This document shows positions 1-8,840 of a stretch of 64,000 bases of DNA, one piece after another. The notes under the pieces are model-generated. The model searched no databases and was not told the DNA's origin. It saw only the letters and a list, made by a program, of their open reading frames with translations. The first letter of the stretch is position 1. Every line of letters begins with the position of its first letter. A program made the position numbers and the translations under genes. The DNA is from Candidatus Nealsonbacteria bacterium (GTDB lineage: Bacteria; Patescibacteriota; Minisyncoccia; Minisyncoccales; RBG-13-36-15): NCBI GenBank assembly GCA_011050465.1, contig DRFQ01000010.1, positions 15,514 to 79,513 on the forward strand, given 5' to 3'.

Positions 1-821
1 TAGTGATTTGAATTAGCGCTTTGATTAGTGGTTATTTTACAAATACTGGCCAACTTTTTTAAATCCCTAAAGCCAAAAGTTACAAAGACAGCCAAGCCAA
101 CTAGAATAGCTATTAAAGCGGAAAGAGAAAAATAGAATATCTGCGGGTTAACTAGAATTATCTGTCCGTTTTTAACCATCATGTTTTCCCCAATCTTTAT
201 TATAGAAAAATTAAAGAGGCCATGCAAGACAATAGCCAGGGTGAATCCTGTAAATAATAATTTCCTTTTTTGTTTGGGTGTAAAGAATGATCTGGCCAGA
301 AAATAACCCAGAGTTCCAGAAGCTAAAGCGTGTAAAAAAGTGGCCCCGACGAAACGAAAGGCAATGATTATCGAGGCTTCCTTAATTAAAAGCGGTTTTT
401 CGGGAAAGGATAAAACAAGGATATTTTCAACTGCCGCAAAACCCAAGGCCGCAATTATCATATAAAGAGGAATATCTAAGGGCTCATCAAGTTCTGAGCT
501 TTTGAGGACTTTTATTTTTATTACTAAAAATTTAGCAATTTCTTCAATTGTAGCTACGCCCAAAAAGATATAAAGAAGGCCTCCCAACGGAAGAAAATCT
601 TTAAAGAATGAAGGCAGAAAACATTTTATTGCTCCACCTTCTGGGTGAAATCCGATTGGAATACATTCTGCTATAGCTACCAAAGGAACTATTGCCATTC
701 CCAGCAGAAAAACTAAGATAATCATTCGGTTTGATTCAGGATGCACATCTTTTCTAAGAAAAAACAGAAGCCAGATAATACTGGGGGCTAAGCCAAGAAC
801 GATATAGAGAAGAAAAATCAA
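1..821 (-). CDS. PrsW-family intramembrane protease (partial; C-terminus runs off the left edge)
   Basis: Absent from the ORF track because it stays open to base 1. Manual minus-strand translation from TTG 821 (in-frame ATG at 725) gives LIFLLYIVLGLAPSIIWLLFFLRKDVHPESNRMIILVFLLGM...GVATIEEIAKFLVIKIK...IIAFRFVGATFLHALASGTLGYFLARS. Multi-pass hydrophobic profile with an EExxK motif and a His-containing TM segment, as in PrsW-type proteases. Confidence 0.55.
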   Translation of the reverse strand, partial: MIFLLYIVLGLAPSIIWLLFFLRKDVHPESNRMIILVFLLGMAIVPLVAIAECIPIGFHPEGGAIKCFLPSFFKDFLPLGGLLYIFLGVATIEEIAKFLVIKIKVLKSSELDEPLDIPLYMIIAALGFAAVENILVLSFPEKPLLIKEASIIIAFRFVGATFLHALASGTLGYFLARSFFTPKQKRKLLFTGFTLAIVLHGLFNFSIIKIGENMMVKNGQIILVNPQIFYFSLSALIAILVGLAVFVTFGFRDLKKLASICKITTNQSANSNH

Positions 822-904
822 TTGCTACATTGCCACATTGCTACATTGCCACATTGTTTTATTAATTTAACCATTTAACAATGTAACCATTTAACAATGT
901 AACA
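821..904. repeat. Two adjacent 16-bp tandem repeats (attgctacattgccac x2.25 at 821-856; taaccatttaacaatg x2.3 at 868-904)
   Basis: Read directly. The units contain the CAATGT/ACATTG word also found at 19741-19830, 21685-21715 and 39567-39642. The array sits between the valS stop and the PrsW-like start. Confidence 0.85.
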
Positions 905-906
905 GT

Positions 907-3162
907 TTAATTTGGCCATTCTTCGATCATCAAGCATTTCTTTTTATTTTTAAGAGGCAATTTTTGATAAATTTCTTCTGTAATAAACGGAACAAAAGGA
1001 TGCAAAAGTTTCAGAGAAGTTAATAATACATAAATTAAAATTTCCGAAGTTTGGAGCTTTAAGCCCGCAGATTGAAGCTGTCTTTTGGATTTTTCTATAT
1101 AAATATCGCAAAAGTCGTGCCAGAAAAAACCATAGAGCTTATGAGCTGCTTGGCCAAAACTAAATCGCTCTAAATCTTTATTTGTTGATTTTGTTATTGT
1201 GTCCAAAGACTTAAGAACCTTTTTATCGGCTGAGGTTAAATTTTTACTTTTTAGCGTAAACCGACGCACCGAATCAACATTGATCAGGGGTAGTTTGTTC
1301 ATCATAATAAACCGCGAGGCATTCCAAATCTTATTACAAAATTTTCTACCCATTACAATATTATCTTCAACAAATCTAATATCTTGACCGCCCATAACTT
1401 GATAACTAATACCAAAACGGGTGGCATCTGCTCCGTATTTTTCAATAAGTTCTATAGGATTTATTCCGGTACCAAGCGATTTCGACATTCTTTTTCCTTC
1501 TTTGGTTAAAACCGTGGCGTGGATATAAACGTTTTTAAAAGGGATTTTTTTGATAAATTCCATTCCAGAAAAAATCATTCTTGCTACCCAGAGATTTATA
1601 ATTCCCCGGTCAGTACTTAGAACGTCAGTAGGGTAGTATATGTCTAAGTCAGATTTTCTCTTTTTGGCTTGTAAACCTGAGCCTTGGCGAAGACGGGGCC
1701 AGCCCAGAGTAGTAAAAGGCCAGAGGGCAGAAGAAAACCAGGTATCAAGGACATCATCAATCTGCCTTGGTTTACATTTTTTACAAATTGGACAACGCCC
1801 CGGCCTTTTTAGAGAAATGAAATATTTTTCTTTGTCTAATTTTTGGTTTTTTATTTTTGGTTTTTTATTTTTGCCTATTTGGCACTGCCAAATAGGCAAA
1901 TGGTGGCCCCACCACAACTGTCTGGAAATGCACCAATCTTTTATATTTTTTAACCAGCTGAAATATCCTTTTTCAAAACTTTTGGGATGAAACTTGATTT
2001 TTCCTTCCCTGACTGGTTTCTCTGCTATTTTGGCTAATTTCTCCATTTTTAAAAACCATTGCTCAGAAGGAATCAACTCGACCATAGTATCGCATCGATA
2101 ACAGACCGGAATCTGGCGAGAATAATCCTCAACTTTTTCTAACAGATCTTCTTCTTCTAAATCTTTAATAATCTTTTGGCGAGCTTCCAAAACAGATAAT
2201 CCCTGGTAAGGTAGAGGAGCTTCTTTTGTAATTTTTCCTTTTTCATCAATAACTTGAACGACAGGAAGGTAGTGCCTCAAAGAAATGTCATAATCTTTTA
2301 GGTCGTGGGCCGGGGTTATTTTTACAGCTCCTGTCCCGAATTCTAAATCAACCATGGGATCTGTAATAATTGGAATTTCTCTATTAACCAAAGGCAGAAT
2401 AGCTTTTCGGTCAACTAAATCCTTATACTTTTTGTCTTTTGGATTAACAGCTATAGCCGTATCTCCGAGCATTGTTTCTGGCCTGGTTGTTGCGACGATT
2501 ATGTAGTTTGTAGTTTGTTTCGAGTTTCGAACCAAAGGATACTTAATATACCACAGATGACCTTTCTTTTCCTTATATTCTAATTCCAGATCAGATAAGC
2601 TGGTTTGGCACCTCAGGCACCAATTTATAACTCTTTTTCCGCGATATATCCAGCCCTTTTCGTAATAATGTAAGAAAGCTTTTTCTACGGCCTTAACATA
2701 ATCTTTATCCAAAGTAAATTTGGTTCTTGACCAGTCGCAAGAAGCCCCTATTTTTTTTAGCTGTTCCAAAATAATATTTCCGTATTTTTTTTCCCACTGC
2801 CAGATTCTTTCTATAAATTTTTCCCGGCCTAAATCAAACCGGTTTTTGCCTTCTTTTTTTAATTCTTTTTCCACTACATTTTGGGTGGCGATACCCGCAT
2901 GATCAGTCCCTGGCAGCCAGAGAGCTTTGAATCCCTGAAGACGTTTCCAGCGAATTAAAATATCCTGGATAGTAGCATTAAGGGCATGGCCCATATGGAG
3001 TTCTCCTGTAATATTGGGTGGGGGCAGAACAATCGTGTAAGCTTTCTTTCTTTGGCCCGGCAATTTATCAGGATTGAAAAATCCAGATTTTCTCCAAAAT
3101 CGATATACTTTTTTTTCTACTTCTTTTGGGTTATAGGCTTTTGACAGAAGTTTCATATTCAT
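907..3162 (-). CDS. valS: Valyl-tRNA synthetase (short form, no long C-terminal coiled coil)
   Basis: 751 aa. PPPNITGELHMGHAL (HIGH region), KRMSKSLG (KMSKS), DTWFSSALWPF and TTRPETMLGDTA motifs typical of ValRS. Confidence 0.9.
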   Translation of the reverse strand: MNMKLLSKAYNPKEVEKKVYRFWRKSGFFNPDKLPGQRKKAYTIVLPPPNITGELHMGHALNATIQDILIRWKRLQGFKALWLPGTDHAGIATQNVVEKELKKEGKNRFDLGREKFIERIWQWEKKYGNIILEQLKKIGASCDWSRTKFTLDKDYVKAVEKAFLHYYEKGWIYRGKRVINWCLRCQTSLSDLELEYKEKKGHLWYIKYPLVRNSKQTTNYIIVATTRPETMLGDTAIAVNPKDKKYKDLVDRKAILPLVNREIPIITDPMVDLEFGTGAVKITPAHDLKDYDISLRHYLPVVQVIDEKGKITKEAPLPYQGLSVLEARQKIIKDLEEEDLLEKVEDYSRQIPVCYRCDTMVELIPSEQWFLKMEKLAKIAEKPVREGKIKFHPKSFEKGYFSWLKNIKDWCISRQLWWGHHLPIWQCQIGKNKKPKIKNQKLDKEKYFISLKRPGRCPICKKCKPRQIDDVLDTWFSSALWPFTTLGWPRLRQGSGLQAKKRKSDLDIYYPTDVLSTDRGIINLWVARMIFSGMEFIKKIPFKNVYIHATVLTKEGKRMSKSLGTGINPIELIEKYGADATRFGISYQVMGGQDIRFVEDNIVMGRKFCNKIWNASRFIMMNKLPLINVDSVRRFTLKSKNLTSADKKVLKSLDTITKSTNKDLERFSFGQAAHKLYGFFWHDFCDIYIEKSKRQLQSAGLKLQTSEILIYVLLTSLKLLHPFVPFITEEIYQKLPLKNKKKCLMIEEWPN

Positions 3163-3216
3163 TATTCTAACTTTTTCTTGATTTTTTGTAAATTTTCTTC
3201 TAAAATAATGATACTT

Positions 3217-3288
3217 GGCCCCATCGTCTATCGGTCAGGACATGTCCCTTTCAAGGACAAAAGAGGGGTTCGATTCCCCTTGGGGCCG
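3217..3288 (+). tRNA. tRNA-Glu (anticodon UUC)
   Basis: Manual cloverleaf: acceptor GGCCCCA/TGGGGCC, anticodon arm TGTCC-CTTTCAA-GGACA, T arm GGGGTTCGATTCCCC. CCA not encoded. Confidence 0.85.
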
Positions 3289-3396
3289 CAAAATTTAATT
3301 TTATTCTGAATCTAAAGGTTCAAATCCTAAGTCCCAAGCACCAGTCAGCGCAGTATCGAGGCCGACCGAGAGGTCTATAAATATAACTTAATCAGA

Positions 3397-3420
3397 AAAT
3401 CGCCAAGAAAGCGATTTTTT
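3397..3420 (+). terminator. Rho-independent terminator-like hairpin
   Basis: aaaatcgc-caagaaa-gcgatttttt: short stem followed by a T-run, downstream of tRNA-Glu. Confidence 0.5.
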
Positions 3421-3469
3421 GGTTTAGGGCTTTTGTTTTCTTACAAATGAAGTTAAAATAGAAGCAAAA

Positions 3470-5086
3470 ATGGAAGAAAAATATTATCTTAATATTGCTA
3501 AAGCCTCAGACTTAAAAGACACTAAAGAAAGAATTCTTTACCGCCTTTTGGAAATTTTTCCTGGCGCTTTTTCTTGGGGAACATTATTTTTGATTATTTT
3601 ACTTTCCTGGTTGAAACCTGTCTGGATCACCATTTTTATTATCATTTATGTTTTATTTTGGCTTTTTAGAACAATTTATCTTTCTTTTTATCTAAGGTCT
3701 GGATATAAGATAATGCGAGAAAACGAGAATATTGATTGGATAGAGAGGTTAAACCAGCTAACCCTCTCAAATTTCAAAGAAACTTGGGCGGACAAGCAAT
3801 CAACAATTAGCGGCTGGCGAGATATCTATCACCTTGTTGTTTTGCCAATGTATAAAGAACCATTGGAAATTATCAGAAACAGCTTTTTGTCTTTAGTGAA
3901 TTCAGATTACCCAAAAGATAAAATGATTATTGTTTTAGCCTGCGAGGAAAGAGCGAAAGAATATTCTCAGCCAATAGCCAGAGCAATTAAAAATGAATTC
4001 GGTGATAAATTTTTCAATTTTTTAATAACTTGGCATCCTCAAAATTTGCCAGGCGAGATGGCCGGAAAAGGAGCAAACGAAACCTGGGCAGTCAGAAAGG
4101 CGAAAGAAAAGATAATTGATCTTCATCCACCCAAATTTTCAAAGAAAACTTGGGCGGGCACGAAAATTCCATATGGAAATATAATTTATTCTTCTTTTGA
4201 TGCAGACACAGTAATTTTCCCGAAATATTTTAGCTGTTTAACTTACTATTATTTGACCTCTGAAGATCCAACCAAGACTAGTTTTCAACCAATCCCTCTT
4301 TTTATTAACAACATTTGGCAAGCTCCTTCTTTTTCCAGGATTTTTTCTTTTTCTTCAACATTTTGGCACACTATGAATCAAGGAAGGCCGGAAAAATTAA
4401 TCACTTTTTCTTCTCACTCAATGAGCTTTAAAACCCTGGTTGATGTCGGGTTTCGGCAGACCGATGTTGTTTCTGATGATTCCAGAATTTTTTGGCAGTG
4501 TTTTTTAAAAAACGACGGAGACTATAGAGTTCAACCAATTTTTTACCCGATTTCAATGGATGCCAATGTTGCCAGAACTTTTTTTAGGACTGTAATCAAC
4601 GTTTATAAGCAACAAAGAAGATGGGCCTACGGTGTGGCCGATATTCCCTATTTCCTTTTCGGTTTTATAAAAAATAAAAAAATCCCTATTTCTAAGAAAA
4701 TATCTTTGGGATTTGAATTAATCGAAGGCCACTGGTCTTGGGCGACAGCCTCTTTTTTAATTTTTATTCTTGGCTGGCTGCCTTTGATTCTAGGGGGAGC
4801 TGAATTCAGCCAGACTCTTATTTCTTATAATTTGCCAAGGATCACCAGCCGGATTTTAACCGTAGCTATGGCAGGTCTTATTTCTTCTGCTTATCTTAGC
4901 CTTCTTTTGCTTCCGCCAAAACCCCCTCAATACGGTAGATTTAAATATCTATTTTTATTTCTTCAGTGGTTTTTACTTCCTTTCACGATGATATTTTTCA
5001 CCACCCTTCCGGCCCTAGAGGCTCAAACTCGTTTAATGTTGGGAAAATATATGGGTTTTTGGCCCACCGAGAAAGTACGGAAGTAA
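3470..5086 (+). CDS. Membrane-embedded family-2 glycosyltransferase (processive, cellulose/chitin-synthase-like topology)
   Basis: 538 aa. N- and C-terminal TM helices. VVLPMYKEP, SFDADT, SDDSRIF and QQRRWAYG (QxxRW) motifs. Confidence 0.7.
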   Translation: MEEKYYLNIAKASDLKDTKERILYRLLEIFPGAFSWGTLFLIILLSWLKPVWITIFIIIYVLFWLFRTIYLSFYLRSGYKIMRENENIDWIERLNQLTLSNFKETWADKQSTISGWRDIYHLVVLPMYKEPLEIIRNSFLSLVNSDYPKDKMIIVLACEERAKEYSQPIARAIKNEFGDKFFNFLITWHPQNLPGEMAGKGANETWAVRKAKEKIIDLHPPKFSKKTWAGTKIPYGNIIYSSFDADTVIFPKYFSCLTYYYLTSEDPTKTSFQPIPLFINNIWQAPSFSRIFSFSSTFWHTMNQGRPEKLITFSSHSMSFKTLVDVGFRQTDVVSDDSRIFWQCFLKNDGDYRVQPIFYPISMDANVARTFFRTVINVYKQQRRWAYGVADIPYFLFGFIKNKKIPISKKISLGFELIEGHWSWATASFLIFILGWLPLILGGAEFSQTLISYNLPRITSRILTVAMAGLISSAYLSLLLLPPKPPQYGRFKYLFLFLQWFLLPFTMIFFTTLPALEAQTRLMLGKYMGFWPTEKVRK

Positions 5087-5087
5087 T

Positions 5088-7343
5088 TTATTCTAAATGC
5101 ACTTTTTCTCGGAGCTCTTCTACTCTTTTTTGAAGTAGGGGATATTTTTTTAATGCGGGATCTTGTTCTAATATTTCTTTGGCGGCTTGTCTTGTTTTTT
5201 CAACTAACGATATATCTTTTAAAGAAGACATTACTAAGTCTGGAATTCCCCATTGCCTGGTACCAGAGAAATCTCCCGGTCCCCGAATCTCTAAATCCTT
5301 TTCAGCTAATTTAAATCCATCTTCAGAATCCAATAGAGCCTTTAATCTCTGCTGAGTTTTTTTAGCTGGAGAATCAGTGAATAAAAAACAGAAAGACTGA
5401 AGCTTTGATCTTCCTACTCTTCCTCTAAATTGATGAAGCTGAGCCAATCCGAATCTTTCTGTCCCTTCAATCATCATTATGGTGGCATTGGGAACGTCAA
5501 TTCCCACCTCGATTACCGAGGTTGATATCAAGATATCTGTCTTTTTGTCTTTAAAGTCTTTCATTATTTTTTCTTTTTCTTTTGGAGTCATTTTGCCATA
5601 AAGCTGTTCTACCTTCAGATTGGGGAAAATAGTTTTTGAAAGCTTTTCGTATTCTTCTTTTACTGCTTTGACCTCAGCCCAGCTTAACCTCCCGCCACTT
5701 TTTATGTAATTTGTTTGATCTAATTTATTTTCTTGGGAAGCAGCGGGGGGCTCAATTCTTGGGCAGACAACGAAGGCCTGTCTTCCTTTTTTAACTTCTT
5801 TTTCAATAAAATTATAAATTTTCTTTCTTTCTTTGGGTTTAATTACTTTAGTGATTATTTTTTTTCTTCCTTTTGGTAATTCTGTAATTAAAGATAAATC
5901 TAAATCTCCATAAATAGTTAGGGCTAAGGTGCGGGGGATGGGGGTGGCAGTCATTGATAATAAATGAGGAATAATTTTTTCTTGTTTTTTTTGATTTTTA
6001 CAGAGCTTAGCTCTTTGTTCTACTCCAAAACGATGCTGTTCATCTAAGACGACTAAAGCCAGATTTTTAAATTTCACTTTATCTTGGATTAAAGTATGAG
6101 TGCCGATTAGAAGATCTATTTCTCCTTTGGCCGTTTTTTCTAAAATTTTTTGACGCGAAATTTCTATGGTATCATTTTTTAACTTTTTTGAAATAAATTT
6201 ATCTTCTTTACCGGTCAAAAGACCAATATTCAAATTAAAGTTCCTTAAAAAACGGGATACTTCCTGAAAATGCTGTTTGGTCAAAATTTCAGTCGGCGCC
6301 ATAAAACCTACTTGATAACCAGCTTTCATTACGTTAAGAGCTGCCATTGTAGCTACCACCGTTTTTCCAGAGCCCACATCTCCTTCTAAAAGCCTGTTCA
6401 TTGGCCTTGGTTTTTCTAAGTCTTTTAAAATCTGCCAGGCTGATTTTCTTTGGGTATTTGTTAGCTTAAAAGACAAAGAAGCAACAAACTTTTTAATTAG
6501 AGGAAGATTTAAAGAAATTTGATAGGCCTTTTTCTGAGTTAATTTTATTCTTTCTTTAATCACCAAAAGCTCGATTAAAAAAAGCTCCTCAAAAGAGAAG
6601 CGTTGCTTTGCTTTTTCAGCTAAAGCAATTGAATCTGGAAAATGAACCTGCCAGAGAGCAATTTTTAAATCAAGTAGATTATGTTTTTTTCTAATTCTTT
6701 CCGGCAGAGTTTCTGGAATTGTATTTTTTAAACTACCCAGAAGAGGCTTAATAATAAATCTTAACCATCTTGAACTTAGTCCTTCGGTTTCAGGATAAAC
6801 AGGCACAATTCTGCCGGTATGGACTAAGTTTGTAGTTTGTAGTTTGTGGCCTGCCGCCTCTGGCGTAGCCAGAGGCGAGCCTCGCCAAGGGCGGGTAGTT
6901 CGAAAGATTTTTTCGTAGGTTGGATTGGACAAATAAAGACCTTCCTTTCCAATAACTGCTCTTCCGGCCAGACATACCCAATCTCCCGGCTTAATAACCC
7001 TGACTAGATATGGCTGATTGAACCAAACAACTTTTATTGCTGCACCCCGAACCGAGCCTTGTTTTGGTTCTGGGGCTGCGGTTTTGTCTGAAACAACGGC
7101 GTGTGTTAAAGTCATTCTTTTTTTCCAGGTGCTACTGTTGTTGATTTCTAAGATTTTTCCTTGGATACAGCAAGGTTCGTTTAATTTTATTTCCGAAATT
7201 CTAATTATATTCGAAAAATCCTCATAACGATGAGGAAGATGAAAGAGTAGATCCCTAATTGTTTTAATCCCTATTTTTTTCAATCTTTTTCGGTAAGCCA
7301 GGCCAACATTCGGGATTTTTTCAATAGGAGTGGAAAGAATCAT
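5088..7343 (-). CDS. recG: ATP-dependent DNA helicase RecG
   Basis: 751 aa. Wedge-domain N-terminus, GDVGSGKT (Walker A), VLDEQHRFGV (DEQH box), LSMTATPIPRTL, QLHQFRGRVGR. Carries two GC-rich in-frame insertions (see findings). Confidence 0.9.
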   Translation of the reverse strand: MILSTPIEKIPNVGLAYRKRLKKIGIKTIRDLLFHLPHRYEDFSNIIRISEIKLNEPCCIQGKILEINNSSTWKKRMTLTHAVVSDKTAAPEPKQGSVRGAAIKVVWFNQPYLVRVIKPGDWVCLAGRAVIGKEGLYLSNPTYEKIFRTTRPWRGSPLATPEAAGHKLQTTNLVHTGRIVPVYPETEGLSSRWLRFIIKPLLGSLKNTIPETLPERIRKKHNLLDLKIALWQVHFPDSIALAEKAKQRFSFEELFLIELLVIKERIKLTQKKAYQISLNLPLIKKFVASLSFKLTNTQRKSAWQILKDLEKPRPMNRLLEGDVGSGKTVVATMAALNVMKAGYQVGFMAPTEILTKQHFQEVSRFLRNFNLNIGLLTGKEDKFISKKLKNDTIEISRQKILEKTAKGEIDLLIGTHTLIQDKVKFKNLALVVLDEQHRFGVEQRAKLCKNQKKQEKIIPHLLSMTATPIPRTLALTIYGDLDLSLITELPKGRKKIITKVIKPKERKKIYNFIEKEVKKGRQAFVVCPRIEPPAASQENKLDQTNYIKSGGRLSWAEVKAVKEEYEKLSKTIFPNLKVEQLYGKMTPKEKEKIMKDFKDKKTDILISTSVIEVGIDVPNATIMMIEGTERFGLAQLHQFRGRVGRSKLQSFCFLFTDSPAKKTQQRLKALLDSEDGFKLAEKDLEIRGPGDFSGTRQWGIPDLVMSSLKDISLVEKTRQAAKEILEQDPALKKYPLLQKRVEELREKVHLE

Positions 7344-7358
7344 GAGAAAAAATATTAG

Positions 7359-7431
7359 CGCCCTCGGTAGGAATCGAACCTACAGTCTCAAGCTCCGCAA
7401 GCTTGCATTTTGTCCATTAAACTACGAGGGC
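7359..7431 (-). tRNA. tRNA-Arg (anticodon GCG)
   Basis: Manual cloverleaf of the reverse complement: acceptor GCCCTCG/CGAGGGC, anticodon arm CAAGC-TTGCGGA-GCTTG, T arm GTAGGTTCGATTCCTAC. 73 nt. Confidence 0.8.
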
Positions 7432-7510
7432 GAACTTCTTTAAATTACCACAGAATTAACCCAAAATCAATTGACTTAAATAGGTTTTATTTATAAAATG
7501 GAGATGTTTG

Positions 7511-7598
7511 GAGAGGTGCGCCGAATGGCAAGGCAGCAGTTTGCTAAACTGTAACGGTGTAAAAAGCCGTTTGCGGGTTCGAGTCCCGCCCTCTCCGC
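7511..7598 (+). tRNA. tRNA-Ser (anticodon GCU), long variable arm
   Basis: Acceptor GGAGAGG/CCTCTCC, anticodon loop TTGCTAA, variable arm aacggtgtaaaaagccgtt, T arm GCGGGTTCGAGTCCCGC. Confidence 0.85.
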
Positions 7599-7707
7599 AC
7601 TTCGACGCGCTGCGCTTGCTCAGTGCAAGCCCGCAAGCGTTGAATTATGATAGTAGGGACGAGAAGTTTATCCTGAGCGGAGTCGAAGGGAGTCCCGCCC
7701 TCTCCGC
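7582..7707 (+). repeat. 18-nt direct duplication of the tRNA-Ser(GCU) 3' end flanking a 90-nt GC-rich insert
   Basis: gagtcccgccctctccgc occurs at 7582-7599 and again at 7690-7707. Confidence 0.85.
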
Positions 7708-7747
7708 CTTCGCTTCGTTGGAGCTTCGGCGGACAAGTCCGCAAAAT

Positions 7748-7832
7748 GGTGGGCTGTGTCGAATGGCAAGACACCAGTCTTGAAAACTGGGGCCCTGCAA
7801 GGGGCGTGCAGGTTCGAGTCCTGCGCCCACCG
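7748..7832 (+). tRNA. tRNA-Ser (anticodon UGA), long variable arm
   Basis: Acceptor GGTGGGC/GCCCACC, anticodon arm CCAGT-CTTGAAA-ACTGG, T arm GCAGGTTCGAGTCCTGC. Confidence 0.85.
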
Positions 7833-7978
7833 CTTTCCTACGGGGGTTAAAAATCGCTACAGCTAAAGATTGTCGAAGGTTCGAACCAGAGCACCGAACA
7901 CCTAAGGCATCATGTGTTTCGGTGCTCGGCCGAGCACTAAAAGTTTTTAGTGCTTTGGTCCTATTCCCTCCGCCTCAT

Positions 7979-8008
7979 AAAAAAACCGGATTTAATTCCG
8001 GTTTTTTT
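7979..8008. terminator. Bidirectional terminator hairpin
   Basis: aaaaaaccgga-tttaa-ttccggttttttt with A-run and T-run flanks, between the tRNA cluster (+) and comFC (-). Confidence 0.7.
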
Positions 8009-8035
8009 ATTCACTAAACGCTGAGTATTAGATAA

Positions 8036-8743
8036 CTATCCTCTGGCAACCACTACTCCCCAGATTTCTTTTGCTCCTGCCACTTTCAAAGTTTTTGCGC
8101 ATTCCTCCATAGTAGCTCCGGTAGTATACACATCATCAATCAAAAGAATTTTTTTACCATTCAATTTTCTGCTGGCCGCAAAAGATTCTTTAATATTTTC
8201 TATTCTTGCTTCTTCTTCTAATTCTACCTGGGGGAAAGTTTCTTTAATCTTCAATAAAATATCGTCAGCCAGAGGAAGATTTAATTTTTTTGATAATTCT
8301 TTGGCAATTTCTTTTGCCTGATTAAAGCCTCGTTTTTTCTCTCTTTTTATACTCAGGGGAATAGGAATAAAAACCCAATCCAGACCAAACCGAGGAGGTT
8401 TGTTTGAAAGTTTGAAATGAGATATAATTAAAGAAGATAAAAGCTCGGCCAGTTCTTTGACATAAGGTTCGTATTTGAATTTATGGATTAATTTTCGTAA
8501 AAGCTGGTTTTGATAAGGCAGGGCAAAATAAAGCCCATTAAGTTTTTTATAATAACAAGATCGACATTTACCAGCCAGGACCAATCTTAAAGGTTTTTTA
8601 CAAAGACAATATTGGTACTCTAAGATTTCAAGAGTTGAAAGACAATCTTGGCAGAGATAACTTCCTTCTTCCCGGCAGCTAAAACAGAATTTCGGAAAAA
8701 AGAGATCTAAGACAGATTTTTTTAGAAAGAATAAGATTTTCAT
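8036..8743 (-). CDS. comFC: ComF-family protein (ComFC-type phosphoribosyltransferase domain with N-terminal Cys clusters)
   Basis: 235 aa. CFSC...CQDC zinc-finger-like N-terminus, RGFNQA, ILLIDDVYTTGATM PRTase motif. Confidence 0.8.
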   Translation of the reverse strand: MKILFFLKKSVLDLFFPKFCFSCREEGSYLCQDCLSTLEILEYQYCLCKKPLRLVLAGKCRSCYYKKLNGLYFALPYQNQLLRKLIHKFKYEPYVKELAELLSSLIISHFKLSNKPPRFGLDWVFIPIPLSIKREKKRGFNQAKEIAKELSKKLNLPLADDILLKIKETFPQVELEEEARIENIKESFAASRKLNGKKILLIDDVYTTGATMEECAKTLKVAGAKEIWGVVVARG

Positions 8744-8804
8744 TTAGTTTTTGATTAAGCTTGTCGAGGATGAGGGAGGAATGGCTTTTTTATTTTTTTT
8801 TAAA

Positions 8805-8813
8805 TGTTATAAT
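8805..8813 (+). promoter_or_regulatory. Extended -10 promoter element (TGtTATAAT) upstream of pilM
   Basis: Exact TGnTATAAT match, 27 nt upstream of the pilM ATG. Confidence 0.5.
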
Positions 8814-8840
8814 AGAAAACAAAGAAAGTAAATTCCCGAT

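Noticed and set aside
3311-3343. tRNA-like 3' fragment (aggttcaaatcct...gtcccaagcacca, ending in CCA)
   Set aside because: The T-stem pairs only 3 bp, and no acceptor 5' strand, D arm or anticodon arm can be found upstream. At most it is a decayed tRNA remnant.
7508-7830. Three overlapping ORFs (7508..7783 +, 7544..7774 -, 7645..7830 -)
   Set aside because: They cover two tRNA-Ser genes and the GC-rich insert between them. The translations are low-complexity repeat-type peptides (PFDSAQDKLL-like) that arise only because the DNA is GC-rich and stop-poor.
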